Source of the DNA: Thraustochytrium aureum
Taxonomy: Eukaryota
DNA: 20,000 bases
Assembly: GCA_012862495.1 (NCBI GenBank)
Contig: BLSG01000337.1
Location: 202,690-222,689, forward strand
Direction of reading: 5' to 3'
Shown here: piece after piece, positions 1 to 10,699 of the stretch
Numbering within the stretch: the stretch's first letter is position 1
How the letters are laid out: each line of letters opens with the position of its first letter
Translations under genes and position numbers: made by a program
The notes under the pieces: generated by a model
Told to the model about the DNA's origin: nothing
Seen by the model: the letters and a program-made list of their open reading frames with translations, nothing else
The model's database searches: none

Positions 1-1
1 A

Positions 2-3000
2 GAGCTGCCCTTTGTGATCCGCAACGAGGCAATCGAGCCGACAGGGGAAATTTTGTTGCTCGCTTCGGAAGGGCTTTTAGTTCGCAGTCCCGCATTTGCC
101 TCGTCGCCGCTGGCCTCGCAGAGTCTCGAGCTACAACGTCTCGTGTCGTATTCCCAGGCAGAGGCGTGGGTCGGGCCGGATCCTGGGACGGCAAAGGAAG
201 CATGCGCAATACGCTTTGGGTTCGTTTGCGCGCTGCGACTCGATAAGGAGGATGACTCCGAGAACCGCAAGGGCGACGGCAGAATCAACCAGCCGCTCGT
301 TGGCGCGACATCGCTGCCTTTGGTCGTGCTTGGGGCGCAGCGGTACCAAGTGCAGCCCAAGGCAGCGACCAAACCTGCGCTCGACTTTCCCCGCTGCACA
401 GTTGGCGAGTCGGCAGAGCTGCGCCTGTACATGCGCAGCATGTGCAGCACCCGCACACGCTGGACGCTGCGCTTTACCCAGACCGACTCGTACGGGTATG
501 AGCCGTTCCAGATTGCTGAAAATGTTGGGCATGGTGAGCTAGAGCCTTTTGCCGCCGCTGTCGTGACGATCACCTTCACACCGCAAACGCAGAGCGTTTA
601 TCGTGACTTGCTCAAGCTCGAAGTGTTCGAGATGGACGGAGCGCAAGGCGACTCGCATCAACCCTCGGAGAAGCAACTTGGCGCATCGATCCCTTCGGGA
701 ACTCCGGCCAAAGAAGAAAATGCCCGCCGGCGGTCCTCAAGCTCGAGCGAACGCGATGCCCAAAACTCCACCACAACCCGGAGTCCTCTCAACGACAGCG
801 GCGGAACTGCAGTGCCAGATCCTGTGTTCGAGTGCGTGATTCCCGNNNNNNNNNNNNNNNNNNNNNNNNNNNNNNNNNNNNNNNNNNNNNNNNNNNNNNN
901 NNNNNNNNNNNNNNNNNNNNNNNNNNNNNNNNNNNNNNNNNNNNNNNNNNNNNNNNNNNNNNNNNNNNNNNNNNNNNNNNNNNNNNNNNNNNNNNNNNNN
1001 NNNNNNNNNNNNNNNNNNNNNNNNNNNNNNAAACGCTTGTCGATGGTCTTCCAGAGGCAAAGGAGGTGCTCGAGTTCGGCAACGTCGCTGTTGGCAGTCG
1101 GAGCGTCCGCACCTTGGAGATCTGCAACGATGGGACGGTTGAGGAAGAAGCCGTCTTCTTCCCGAGCGAGCCGTTCCGCTGCGATCCAACTTGCGTGAAA
1201 ATCCCGCCAGGCCAGCGCGCAGAGGTTGTCATAACTTGCGAGCCAAAGCAGCGAGGCGCAGTCTCCGGTAGGCTCGACGTGCTTTTGAACGGTGTCGCAT
1301 TTTCCAGTCGTTTGCGAGCGTGCGCGGGCACCTTCAAGCCTGTGGCCTCCTGCAAGAGCGGTGTGACAGACTTTGGCACCAAACCGACCGGAAAGACATA
1401 CTCAACGCACCTGTTCATAACCAACACTGGGACTCTTCCGATTCGTCTGCGCAACCTCGAGTTCGCCAAGACAGACGAGCCTCTAAGCGAAGCTGACAGA
1501 GGGCTTGTTCGCATCGACTTTTTGGGTGTGGTGGGGCAGCCAAACTTGCGCCTCACGCAGGCAGTCGACGAGACACCTGCACCTTGGGTCGTGCTTCGAG
1601 AGCGCCTTGGCGAGGCTGCGAAGTTGGCGAGAAAATCGATTGCCAACATGTCCCTGCGGCTCGACAGCAAGAGCACCTTTAGCCGCGGGCAAGAAGCGCG
1701 GCTCTCGCAAATGCGCTCGCGCAAGTCGTTTGCGATGAGCAACACGCTGAAACGCAAGCCCTCGTCTTCGAAAAGCGAGAGTACCAAGTCGAAGCCGCGC
1801 GGCTCACGACTCAACATGTCGTTGACGATGCAGAAGCGCAGCAGCCGCAACCTCGGCGGGTTGGCCAGAGGAAGCCTGCTCGAGGACGCTCCGAGTGACC
1901 TTGGAGCGGCGCCCGTCGCCGTGCGCATGCGCGTCTCGCTCCCTCCCCAGCCGGGCCACTACAGCGACTCCGACCGAGGACGGACAGCGCCTTGGGACCG
2001 AAGCGTGCGCAGTCCCCGATTCCGCCAGGTAGAGCGGAAGACGGGGCCGTTGTTGGCAATGCAAGTGTCGCTCACCGCAGCGGGTCCAGCTTTAACTTTG
2101 GCGGGGAAACGCGCGTGCGACGCGCCGTTCAAATAAAGGCTCCGCGCGACCTAGACGCCCTGGAGCCCGGACTTTCCTGGCAGTTTCACGTCGGCCTGAC
2201 CTGCGCACGAACGGTTCCGACAGAGGTTGCCGTGGACTTTGTTTGCGGGGTTTGGCAGCCGGACACGATTCGCCTGGAGGAGCGGCTCGGCGACCTTGAG
2301 CACTTTTGTACGCCGGTTCGCTTGCCGCTGGCACTGCATGTGCGCGGCGTGAGGCTTTTGCGAGTGTGGCCTCTGACGCTCAACTTTGGGTCCATTCCTG
2401 CCGTCAGCCTTCTCAAGGGCGAGAAGAAATCTGCTCAAGCAGACGGGGCACTGGTAAATCGGGTTGCCGGCGTCGCATCAGCCGACGTTCCTGTGGGCAA
2501 AGTCCAGTACGTTCTTGTCAGCAACACGTCGATCTCGGAGCAGCGTCTTGAATTCGTTCGCTCCACCTCAAAGTGCTTTGAGGTGATCGACAAGAGCATC
2601 GTTCTTCGTCCAGGTGAGCAGTCCCAGATTAGGATCCACTTCATGCCGCAGTTCGCTCGGACAGAGTACTCGGCCAGGGTCGAGTTTCGAGACAGCTTTC
2701 AGGTGATCCAGGTCCAAGTACGCGGCCAGGGAGCCTGTGCGGAGGTCAAAAGCGCGCGAGAGTGCGTGCGGTTTCCGGCCGTCAAAACGGGCTCGAGCGC
2801 CTCGCGCTCAATCGAAATCGTCAATGTCGGGGAGCTCAGTGCACGCTATGAAGTAACATTGCAGTCCGAGTGGTTTCGGTGTCGTGATCAGAGCATTATG
2901 TCGGGCACCCTTGCACCGATGGAAGAGCAGGTTTTCCCGATCCAATTCGAAGCCTTCAGCGAGAGGGCCGAGGACCTGGCCTCCATGAGCGAAATACGGG

Positions 3001-6000
3001 GCTCGCTGCAAGTTGATTGGGAAGTCGTTCCCGGCGGTGTTACACGGGTTTCGACTGTCGAGCTTTTTGCCCAAGTCGGCCGGGCCAAGCTGGAGGCCGT
3101 CGGCAAGACGGCCGTAGACTTTGGCCTCTGCACGCTCAATTTCCCCAGCTCGCAAACCTGCACCATCACGAATGTCGGCAACGCCGAGTGCAACTGGCGT
3201 GTATCGGATTCGGGCAACAGCTGGCTTCGCGTGGAGCCCGAACAGGGTACTCTCGCGGAAGGCGAATCGGCCGACCTCGTCTTGACAATTTGCATGAGCA
3301 TATGCGAACCCGTCGATGCGAATGTGTGTATCGAGTCTGACGGCGGCTCGATCGTGCTTGACCTCACAGGGGACGTGGCTGCGCCAGAGCTCCTGGTTCC
3401 AGACGACCTCACACTCGACTTTGGCGTCATTCTGGAAACGGAGCACGCCAAACGCGTAGTGCGCGTCACAAACACTGGAAGGACGCCGCTTGACTACGAG
3501 CTAGCACTGTTTCACCACAACACGACGATCACAGGCCGCAGGAAAAGAATTGCTGACAAAATCCTCGACGCATGGAGCCACCCTTCAACGAGTGAGACTG
3601 CGGCGGTGACTGGCAAGGCCAGCGGGACGACAGCGGGGAAGGGCTCCAAAGCGCGCAGGACTGAGGCGCTTATCCGCGGCAAGCTTGTCAAGGACAAGTT
3701 GGCTGAACAGCGCAGCCGCGCGCACGCCTCTGCATTCGCAGCGCCCGAGGCCGCGGAGTCGCTCGGAGACTCCGAGGGCCGCCTTGAGGCTTCGATCTGT
3801 GCAACCGACCCAAGCAAATTGCAAGTCAAGTGCTTCGCGCTGACCCCGCGCCTCGGGACCCTCGAGGCGGGAGAAACCTTGACGATCGTCGTGGAGGCCA
3901 GTTCAACAGAAGCTGGGGCGCACGCGGAGGCATTCGCTCGCGATGAAGCCAAGGCCTTTATTGGGAGCTGGAAGCTAGTCTGCAAGCAAATGTGCAAGTC
4001 GTGGGAGGGCCGGCTGCGGTGCCTTATTGGGACGTTGGAGTGGCGAGTTGTCCCGACGCTGCCGAACGGTGACCGCGCAAACCTCGAACAGCGCGAAGCA
4101 AAAGGTGGCGGAAGAGAAGCGAGTGCTTTGTCCCTGCAAGATGAAAACGTCCCAGACGATGTCAAAAACGCCGTGCATGAAGAGGCCGTCGATCCTGGAG
4201 GGGTGAGCTACTTTGGTGTCTGCATGGTGCGAGATCGCTTCATGCGGCCCAGTGCCTTTTTCGTCGAAAACACTGGCACGGTGGATGCCGAGTTCTCAAT
4301 CAGACTGCTTCAGCGGGACCAGCACGCAGAAGACACCTCGACGTTTGAGCTCGAGCAGCTTGAGGGTATGGTTGCTCCTGGCGAGTCAATTGGAATCGAC
4401 TGCGACGTGACAGCGACGGTCGAGGGCTTTCATAAACAACTTGTAGAGATCCGCGTGGTGCCCATGCTGGGCGCTGCGGCGCGCAGCGAGGTGAAGCGCA
4501 TTCTGTTGTGTGTGACGGCCGGCGCTCCGTGCATTCTGTGCACAGCCAAGGAGTTGGACTTCGGCAAGTGCCAAGTCGATGCCGGCCACTCGATGCAGCT
4601 TTTGCTGCAATCTGTGGGAAACTGTCCAGCGACTTGGTCAGTGCGTGTGACCGAGGCGAGCATGGAGGCCGAAAGCGGCCCTGTCGATGCTGTTGTGCCC
4701 GCGCCCCAGGCGCAGGCTGCATTTTCAATGGACTCGAGTCACGGGACGATCGGTGCAGGGGAGGACCGCGTCGTCACTGTTACTTTCTGCCCGAGGGAGC
4801 TCCCTGAAGGCGAAGCGGGGTCAGCTGAGTCCCCTTCGCAGTATGTGGCCGTGCTCCTCGTCGAGTGGGCCGGCCAAGAGCCCTTTCGAGTCCTCTTGCG
4901 AGGGCAAGGAGCGCAGTGCAAGCTCGAGTGGACCGTGCTCGACAGTGCATTCGCTTCGACGCGGGGAGAGGGAAACTGGGGCTCAGACATGACGCCGGCT
5001 GGCGAGGCCTACAGGCGCGTTGAGCGCGTGGACTTTGGGACTCGGCCTTGCTACGCGGGGAGCAAAATGCGGTGGGAAANNNNNNNNNNNNNNNNNNNNN
5101 NNNNNNNNNNNNNNNNNNNNNNNNNNNNNNNNNNNNNNNNNNNNNNNNNNNNNNNNNNNNNNNNNNNNNNNNNNNNNNNNNNNNNNNNNNNNNNNNNNNN
5201 NNNNNNNNNNNNNNNNNNNNNNNNCGACTGGCGAACTCTGGGTCGCTTGGTGTGGGCATCCGGATTGCGACAGATGCTCCCGCAGACGTCTTCGGAATCA
5301 CGATGGAGCCGTCCCACTGCCAAGCGCTAGAAACGCTCATGGCACTCGATCGTCGCTTGGAGACCTCGCTCAAGCAGCCAGAAGCGGACAAGACTGCGCT
5401 GCAGTTGGGCTATTCAATTGCGAGGCAGGCTGCATCTGCGAAGTGCAAGGGCGGCTTGCCGAAGCCGCACGCGGTTGGGCCGGACGGACTGGCGACTGTT
5501 GCTCGGCTCGTTACGCTTGACCCAAACGAGTCTGTGCTCGTTTACGTTGGGTTTCTTCCAAGGAGCGCCAAAGCGGCCTACCGATGCTTTTTGCGATTGG
5601 AGCTTGTCGACTTCAAGTCAGAGGTACGGATCCCGGTGCATGGGCAAGGAGCCAAGGTAAAACTCAGGTCGGGCGACGCTGGGGAACGAAGCGCGGGGCC
5701 TGCCTTGCAGCTCGGAGTGCTCGGGCTCTACCAAAACGCAATAGCGGGCCTTCGACTAGAGAATGCCGGGGCGTTGTACTCGCCAATCGAGGTCCATGTG
5801 CACCCGGCATCGCTCGCTCAGGAAATCACAGTTCTCCCGAAGAGCGCGCTAGAGACGCGCTTAAAAGCGCTGGGCCAAAACGCAACCCACGTAGTCGAGG
5901 AGGAGCACGACCGCCGTCGTCGCGAGCGCCTTCTGGGCAGCGCGTCTGAGCGAGCGCCCCCAACTGGACCGGTTTGCTCGTTGAACCTTGCCGGCAAGTC

Positions 6001-9000
6001 TGGAGAGGACATTAGCGTCTGCATTTACCCAACGAGGCAGGGCTCGTTTGCGGGCCACTTGATATTCCGGCCGACGCATGAAGCTTTGCCAAGCGGGAGC
6101 GAGAGCGACAAGGCCACCAAGCCAGAAATCTCAGTGCCCCCAGAGGTTGTCGCCGCCGGGCGGTTTGGTATCGCCGTGCCGTTCGCCTTCGAGGCCGTCA
6201 ACAACAGGCTGCGCTTGGATACGACGATCGAGTGCGGCTTGGGCCGCGTGGCGCTCGGTCAGTCCATCCGCGAGACTCGCATGCTTTCAAACCCAACCGA
6301 AATGGACATCAACTTCACGGTGCGATTGATGTGGCCAACAGACCGTGCCTTCGAGTCGAGCTGGAGAGTCAATCCGTCCGAAGGCTTTCTTGCCGCGGGG
6401 GACGAGATAGACCTCGTGATTGAGTATATATCCACCGATGATGACGCGAACTGCTGGCACGATGTGGAGGTTGCGATTCGCAACTTGCAGACAGGCTCGA
6501 TCGACGTTCTGTTTCGCGGGACCGGCTCGGTTGGGTTTCCCACACTGGGGCTTAGCGCAGGCAAGACGTCGATTGACTTTGGGTGTTGCCAGCTCGGCAC
6601 ATACTTTGCAGTCCCGCTTCGTGTGTGGAATTCCGGCACGGGCATGCTCCATGTGCGGCCAAAGTTGCTTGAGAACGATGAGGCTCAATCAAGCGGCACC
6701 GACATCGGCCGCCGGCCGCCTCCCTCGCTCTATCTCGGATGGCCACCTGGAGGAGACGATGCTCCACCGGAAGTGGGACAAGCGGCGCTGCAAAGCCAGC
6801 AGTTCCCGAGGCGATCCGATCGGAAATGGCTGTTGCGCGAGCTTCGGAGGTGACAAGCTACATTGAGGGCTTGGGGGGGCGCCTCAAGCACGGCATGGGC
6901 TTCGGGGAAGGCATAACAAAGCCAGCAGTGGCGGGGTTTGGCGTCCTTTGCGAAACCGACGTCCTGGAGCTCGTAATCGTGTTCGCTCCAACTGGAAAGC
7001 GCCGCTTCACGTCCCGCCTAAGGCTCGAGACGAACTGTGGCATGACGCACGAGATCGAGCTAAATGGGACGGGCGCCTTTTACGACTTTCGCCCTGATTC
7101 GGTTCCCTCTGCCATTCAATTCGGGTCGCTCGTGCTTGGCGCAGAGGCGAAGCACAGCATCTCGCTCCGCCGAGGGCCCGGTGAGACAGACGTTCCCGTG
7201 CGCTTCGGCCTCGCCGAGGGCCCCGAGCCGCATTGGGGTCCGCCGTTCGGGGTAGCCAGTGTCCTTGCGGCAGATTCAAGTGAGGCTGTGCGAACGGCAG
7301 AGCTCAACGCGTGCTCGTCTGTCGTGCGATTCTCCACTGACTGTGTCATTGTGGGCCGCGAGGGTTCTGAGGTGGAGGTATGTATCGGCATGCCCGCGGA
7401 GTGGCTGGACAAGAAAGGCGTCCCTACTGCGGAAGGGTCCAAATATATCGGTGCACTTTTGTCCCAGCAGCCCTGCGCTCCGCAGTCCCTAACCGTTCCC
7501 GTGTTCGTTTGGGCGCCAGGCAAGGCGCCCATCAAAGTGGAGGCCTCGTATCGCATCGACCCGCCGCGCCTGCGAACCAAGCTCTCTGACGCCCCTGCAA
7601 CGGGCGCTGGGCGCCAGAGCCTCCTGATCTCAGACCTCGGAGCCGAACAAGACGACAAGAGGGCTTCCGCGGGCAACCGGCGCCGCAAGCTATTGGAGCA
7701 CCACAACGGTGACGCGCAAATTGGAGCCGAGATCCGATTTGGCAGTGTCCTCGTGCAAACCGAGGTTGCGAGATCAATCATCCTCGAGTCGAACAGCCCC
7801 CTCAAAATCCCCTTTGAGGCCCGGGTCGTGGTGGACCACCACCCGAACAGCACAGAAAATTACAGCGCCTACTTTCACCTCAGTCGCAAGGTCGGCGTCG
7901 TGAGCGGCGAGAACCCGGTCGCCATCAAGCTTCTGTGCAACTTTGCCAAAGCGTTTGACACGGCGAGAGTCGGAGTGCACATCCAGATCAAGCTTCTCCA
8001 CGGTGCACTTCCAGATATCCTCGTTCCGGTGGAGGTGCGCACCATGCAGCACGTATTTGACGCCGCCAAACTCCTCCCCGTCGATTTCCCCCACCCGGTC
8101 TTTGTCGGCGCTCAAGCTTCGAGTGAGATTTTACTCGAGAACGTTTCGGAAGCCGCGGTGTCGGCAGCAATCAGCTTCGGAGATTCGTGCTTCGCGAGCT
8201 TGCTCCAGAACCCCATTTTCATCCCCGCCGGCGAAGAATGCGCCGTGCCGATCGTCTTCCGCCCGGCGCAAGACCAACAGTACGTGTCAAGCGTCGACAT
8301 TCGCGTCGACGACCTCGTGTTTTCCGTCGAGGCTTGCGGAACGGGCTGCCGGGCTTCGCTGAAAGTCCGCCCAGAAGCCAAAGTAGACTTTGGGTTTGTT
8401 GGAGTCCTGCTGTCCGGGCGACGCGAGGTTTCTGTTCGAAACACGTGCGCATTACCCCTGCGAGTCGTGCTGGAAGGCCTCCCGGACGGGTTTCGCGCCG
8501 TCCCGGACGAGCTGGAGCTTCCGAGCCGCGCAAGCAAAACGTTGGCACTTGAGTTCCTGCCAGACCAGGAACGGCTTTTCGACGGGGGAGTACTCTTCCG
8601 CGCATACTCGACGCAGACCGCCGAAGAAAGCGGTGGGGTGGATGGGGTGGACGAGTCGAGTAAAGGCGAAGGCCACAGAGCACCAACCTCGGGCAGGCGT
8701 GGCTCGACTCGGCGGTCTGGCTTGCCAAAACCTGCCGCTGCGCTCTTTGAGCATAGCCTCGAGGTCGTCGGCTGCGGTGGCCGCGTCAAGCTCGACCTGC
8801 CGACTGTAGTCAACTTTGGGCGGCTGTCCACGCACATCCAGCAGCAGAGGAGCTTTAGCGTCACGAACTGTGGCGACGTCCCGCTTGACGTCCGCGTCGT
8901 GGCGCCAACAGGGGCTCTGCACGGTTCGGTGAAGGTGTTTCCGGAGTCGCTTTCGCTGCTCCCGACGCAGTCGGCGAGCGTCAAGGCATTCCTAACCATC

Positions 9001-9453
9001 ATCGAGGAAGGGCCGCAGACCTTTCCGATCCTGTTTCGGGCTGAAGGCGCGCGGTCGACCAAACACCAGTGGGCAACAGAGTTGAGTGCGCACGGGGATA
9101 AAATCCAGCTTTCAATCGAGCTCCAGCGCATCTTGGACCACGAGGAGCTCCCAATGCTAGAGATGCGCAGCGACGACGTCGATGACTTGCACATTCAGCG
9201 AGTGGTGGCTCCCGTAGTAAAACTTTCGGACGTTCCAGTGGAGGACCTCCTGGGCGTCGTCCAACCCGTCTGCGACGCCAACGAAGGCGCTCTCGAGGCT
9301 CTCACCCGGCCACCTCCGCTCGCCATCGAGCCCTCCAACCCACTGCGCGAGCGATGGTTTTCCAACCGCGTCCAGCTCCGCGTCGCATCGCAATACGAGT
9401 ACACTTTCGCCGACCCACTATGGGGCGCACTGCAGCACCGCGGTGCGCCTTGA
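2..9453 (+). CDS. Giant multi-ASH (ASPM-SPD2-Hydin)/PapD-like Ig-domain repeat protein, Hydin/CFAP47/DLEC1-like, probably cilium or basal-body associated. 5' end lies outside the window. Reconstructed from five ORF pieces (2-845, 1031-~1975, ~1995-5079, 5225-~6800, ~6800-9453).
   Basis: Five consecutive + strand ORFs all carry the repeated signature hDFG-x~15-h-x-N-x-G...G-x-L-x-(P/A)G...h-x-h-x-F-x-P...G-x-G. Examples: VLEFGNVAVG..EICNDG, VTDFGTKPTG..ITNTG, AVDFGLCTLN..ITNVG, TLDFGVILET..VTNTG, ELDFGKCQVD..LQSVG, SIDFGCCQLG..VWNSG, KVDFGFVGVL..VRNTC, VVNFGRLSTH..VTNCG. The frame is open from base 2 and the stop is TGA at 9451-9453. The exact orthologue cannot be assigned by eye. Confidence 0.8.
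846..1030. other. Assembly gap (N run) inside the ASH-repeat gene
   Basis: 185 N; the reading frame differs on either side. Confidence 0.95.
5080..5224. other. Assembly gap (N run) inside the ASH-repeat gene
   Basis: 145 N; the reading frame differs on either side. Confidence 0.95.
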
Positions 9454-10344
9454 GCCCCGCTCGCTCCGTGCATATCCGCCACCCACCCACTCAACCGCAC
9501 AGGTAGCTCAGGCGCGGGTTCGGCGCAATCTCCTCGCCGTGCAGGCACCTCTGCGTGGCTCGCCTGGAACGCCGTGCAAAGAGTGGCGAGCCTCTGCGCG
9601 CGAGCAGTGCCCAAGAGATCGTCAGAGAAGTGGCGTGGGTCAAGCTCGACGTGACCCTTTCGTGGCACAATTTACCGAGCCGTCGCTGGCTCGGAGTTTC
9701 GAGCCTCGAGCCATGCGTCAATGAACCACCCGCAAGTTGAGCACAACAACATGGGTTTTGCGGCTGGGGCCCGGAGGTCCACATCGAGCACATCGAGGAG
9801 GAAGGCGAGTTGCGGGAACCAGGCCAGCCAATTCGTGGTCAAGATAGATTAGAGTACGTTGCCCCGAGGCCAGACAGGGGCCTCGAAGACACCGTGAATC
9901 CACCAAGAGGTTGCGTGTTGCCACTGTTTCGATCCGCGGGTTGTCGTCAGCACGATTTTCACCTCACTTTTTGGCGATTCCCGTTAAAAGGCCAAAAATT
10001 GGCGGGGCCTGTCGTCATCCAGGCCCAAGAGCAGTACAACACATCACGTATGCTTGCTCTAGACCTTATTCGAAAAGCGTCTGCAACGTCACATCGCCCT
10101 TGGCAATGTGCTCCTCTGGTTGTGCAACCTGGAACTGGAGGCTAGGATTGACGAAAACGGCCATAATTGAGATAACATGATGAACAAAGGCAGCCTTCTT
10201 TCTGCCCAAGTCGGAGAAATAACAGAGCAGTTTGCAGTCAATTACGTTCCCGAGCTTGGAACGCGACTTCGGCTGAGGGATTCGAGCGCTTGGCTTACAC
10301 GAGAAGGCAATACGCAACAGCTCAACCCTTGATGTTCCCGATTT

Positions 10345-10514
10345 AAAATAAAAAAGAGTGAGGTTATTGCGCCAGAACGACCTCTAGTACAGATTTCCAC
10401 GACTTGAAGCTGCACAACGCACGCACTTCAACCCGCTTTCATGGCGGTCACGGGGTTGCCTGACCTCATTACTAGTAGGCCATCAGGAGCGGGTTGCGGA
10501 GAGTGGCAACGCGT
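10345..10514 (-). ncRNA. Possible structured non-coding RNA of unknown family. Its 3' part would end at a Pol III-like T-tract and its 5' part would run into the N-gap.
   Basis: Several adjacent or nested inverted repeats, followed on the minus strand by TTTTTTATTTT. No diagnostic Rfam motif was recognised. Confidence 0.3.
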
Positions 10515-10699
10515 NNNNNNNNNNNNNNNNNNNNNNNNNNNNNNNNNNNNNNNNNNNNNNNNNNNNNNNNNNNNNNNNNNNNNNNNNNNNNNNNNNNNNN
10601 NNNNNNNNNNNNNNNNNNNNNNNNNNNNNNNNNNNNNNNNNNNNNNNNNNNNNNNNNNNNNNNNNNNNNNNNNNNNNNNNNNNNNNNNNNNNNNNNNNN
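10515..10699. other. Assembly gap (N run) hiding the DDX46 5' end
   Basis: 185 N. Confidence 0.95.

Noticed and set aside
789..9194. Long antisense ORFs (e.g. 789-1928, 7116-7853, 8112-9194 on the - strand)
   Set aside because: Shadow ORFs of GC-rich coding sequence, Ser/Arg/Thr-rich and without motifs.
9454..10320. Short ORFs (9555-9740, 9810-10145, 9911-10180 and others) as extra genes or further exons of the ASH gene
   Set aside because: No recognisable motifs, mostly non-ATG starts, and the composition drifts toward AT-rich intergenic sequence.
10436..10514. Hammerhead ribozyme, SECIS or SRP RNA identity for the structured segment
   Set aside because: The minus strand has CTGATGG rather than CUGAUGA, and the ATGA...GA SECIS quartet lacks its 3' GA and full helix. 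The + strand GAGTGGCAACGCGT resembles the plant 7SL pre-helix-8 region, but no Alu UGUNR motif or simple GNAR helix 6 is present.
10441..10514. ATG at 10441 as the DDX46 start
   Set aside because: MAVTGLPDLITSRPSG does not resemble the Arg/Ser/Asp-rich DDX46 N-terminus, and its frame cannot be followed through the gap.
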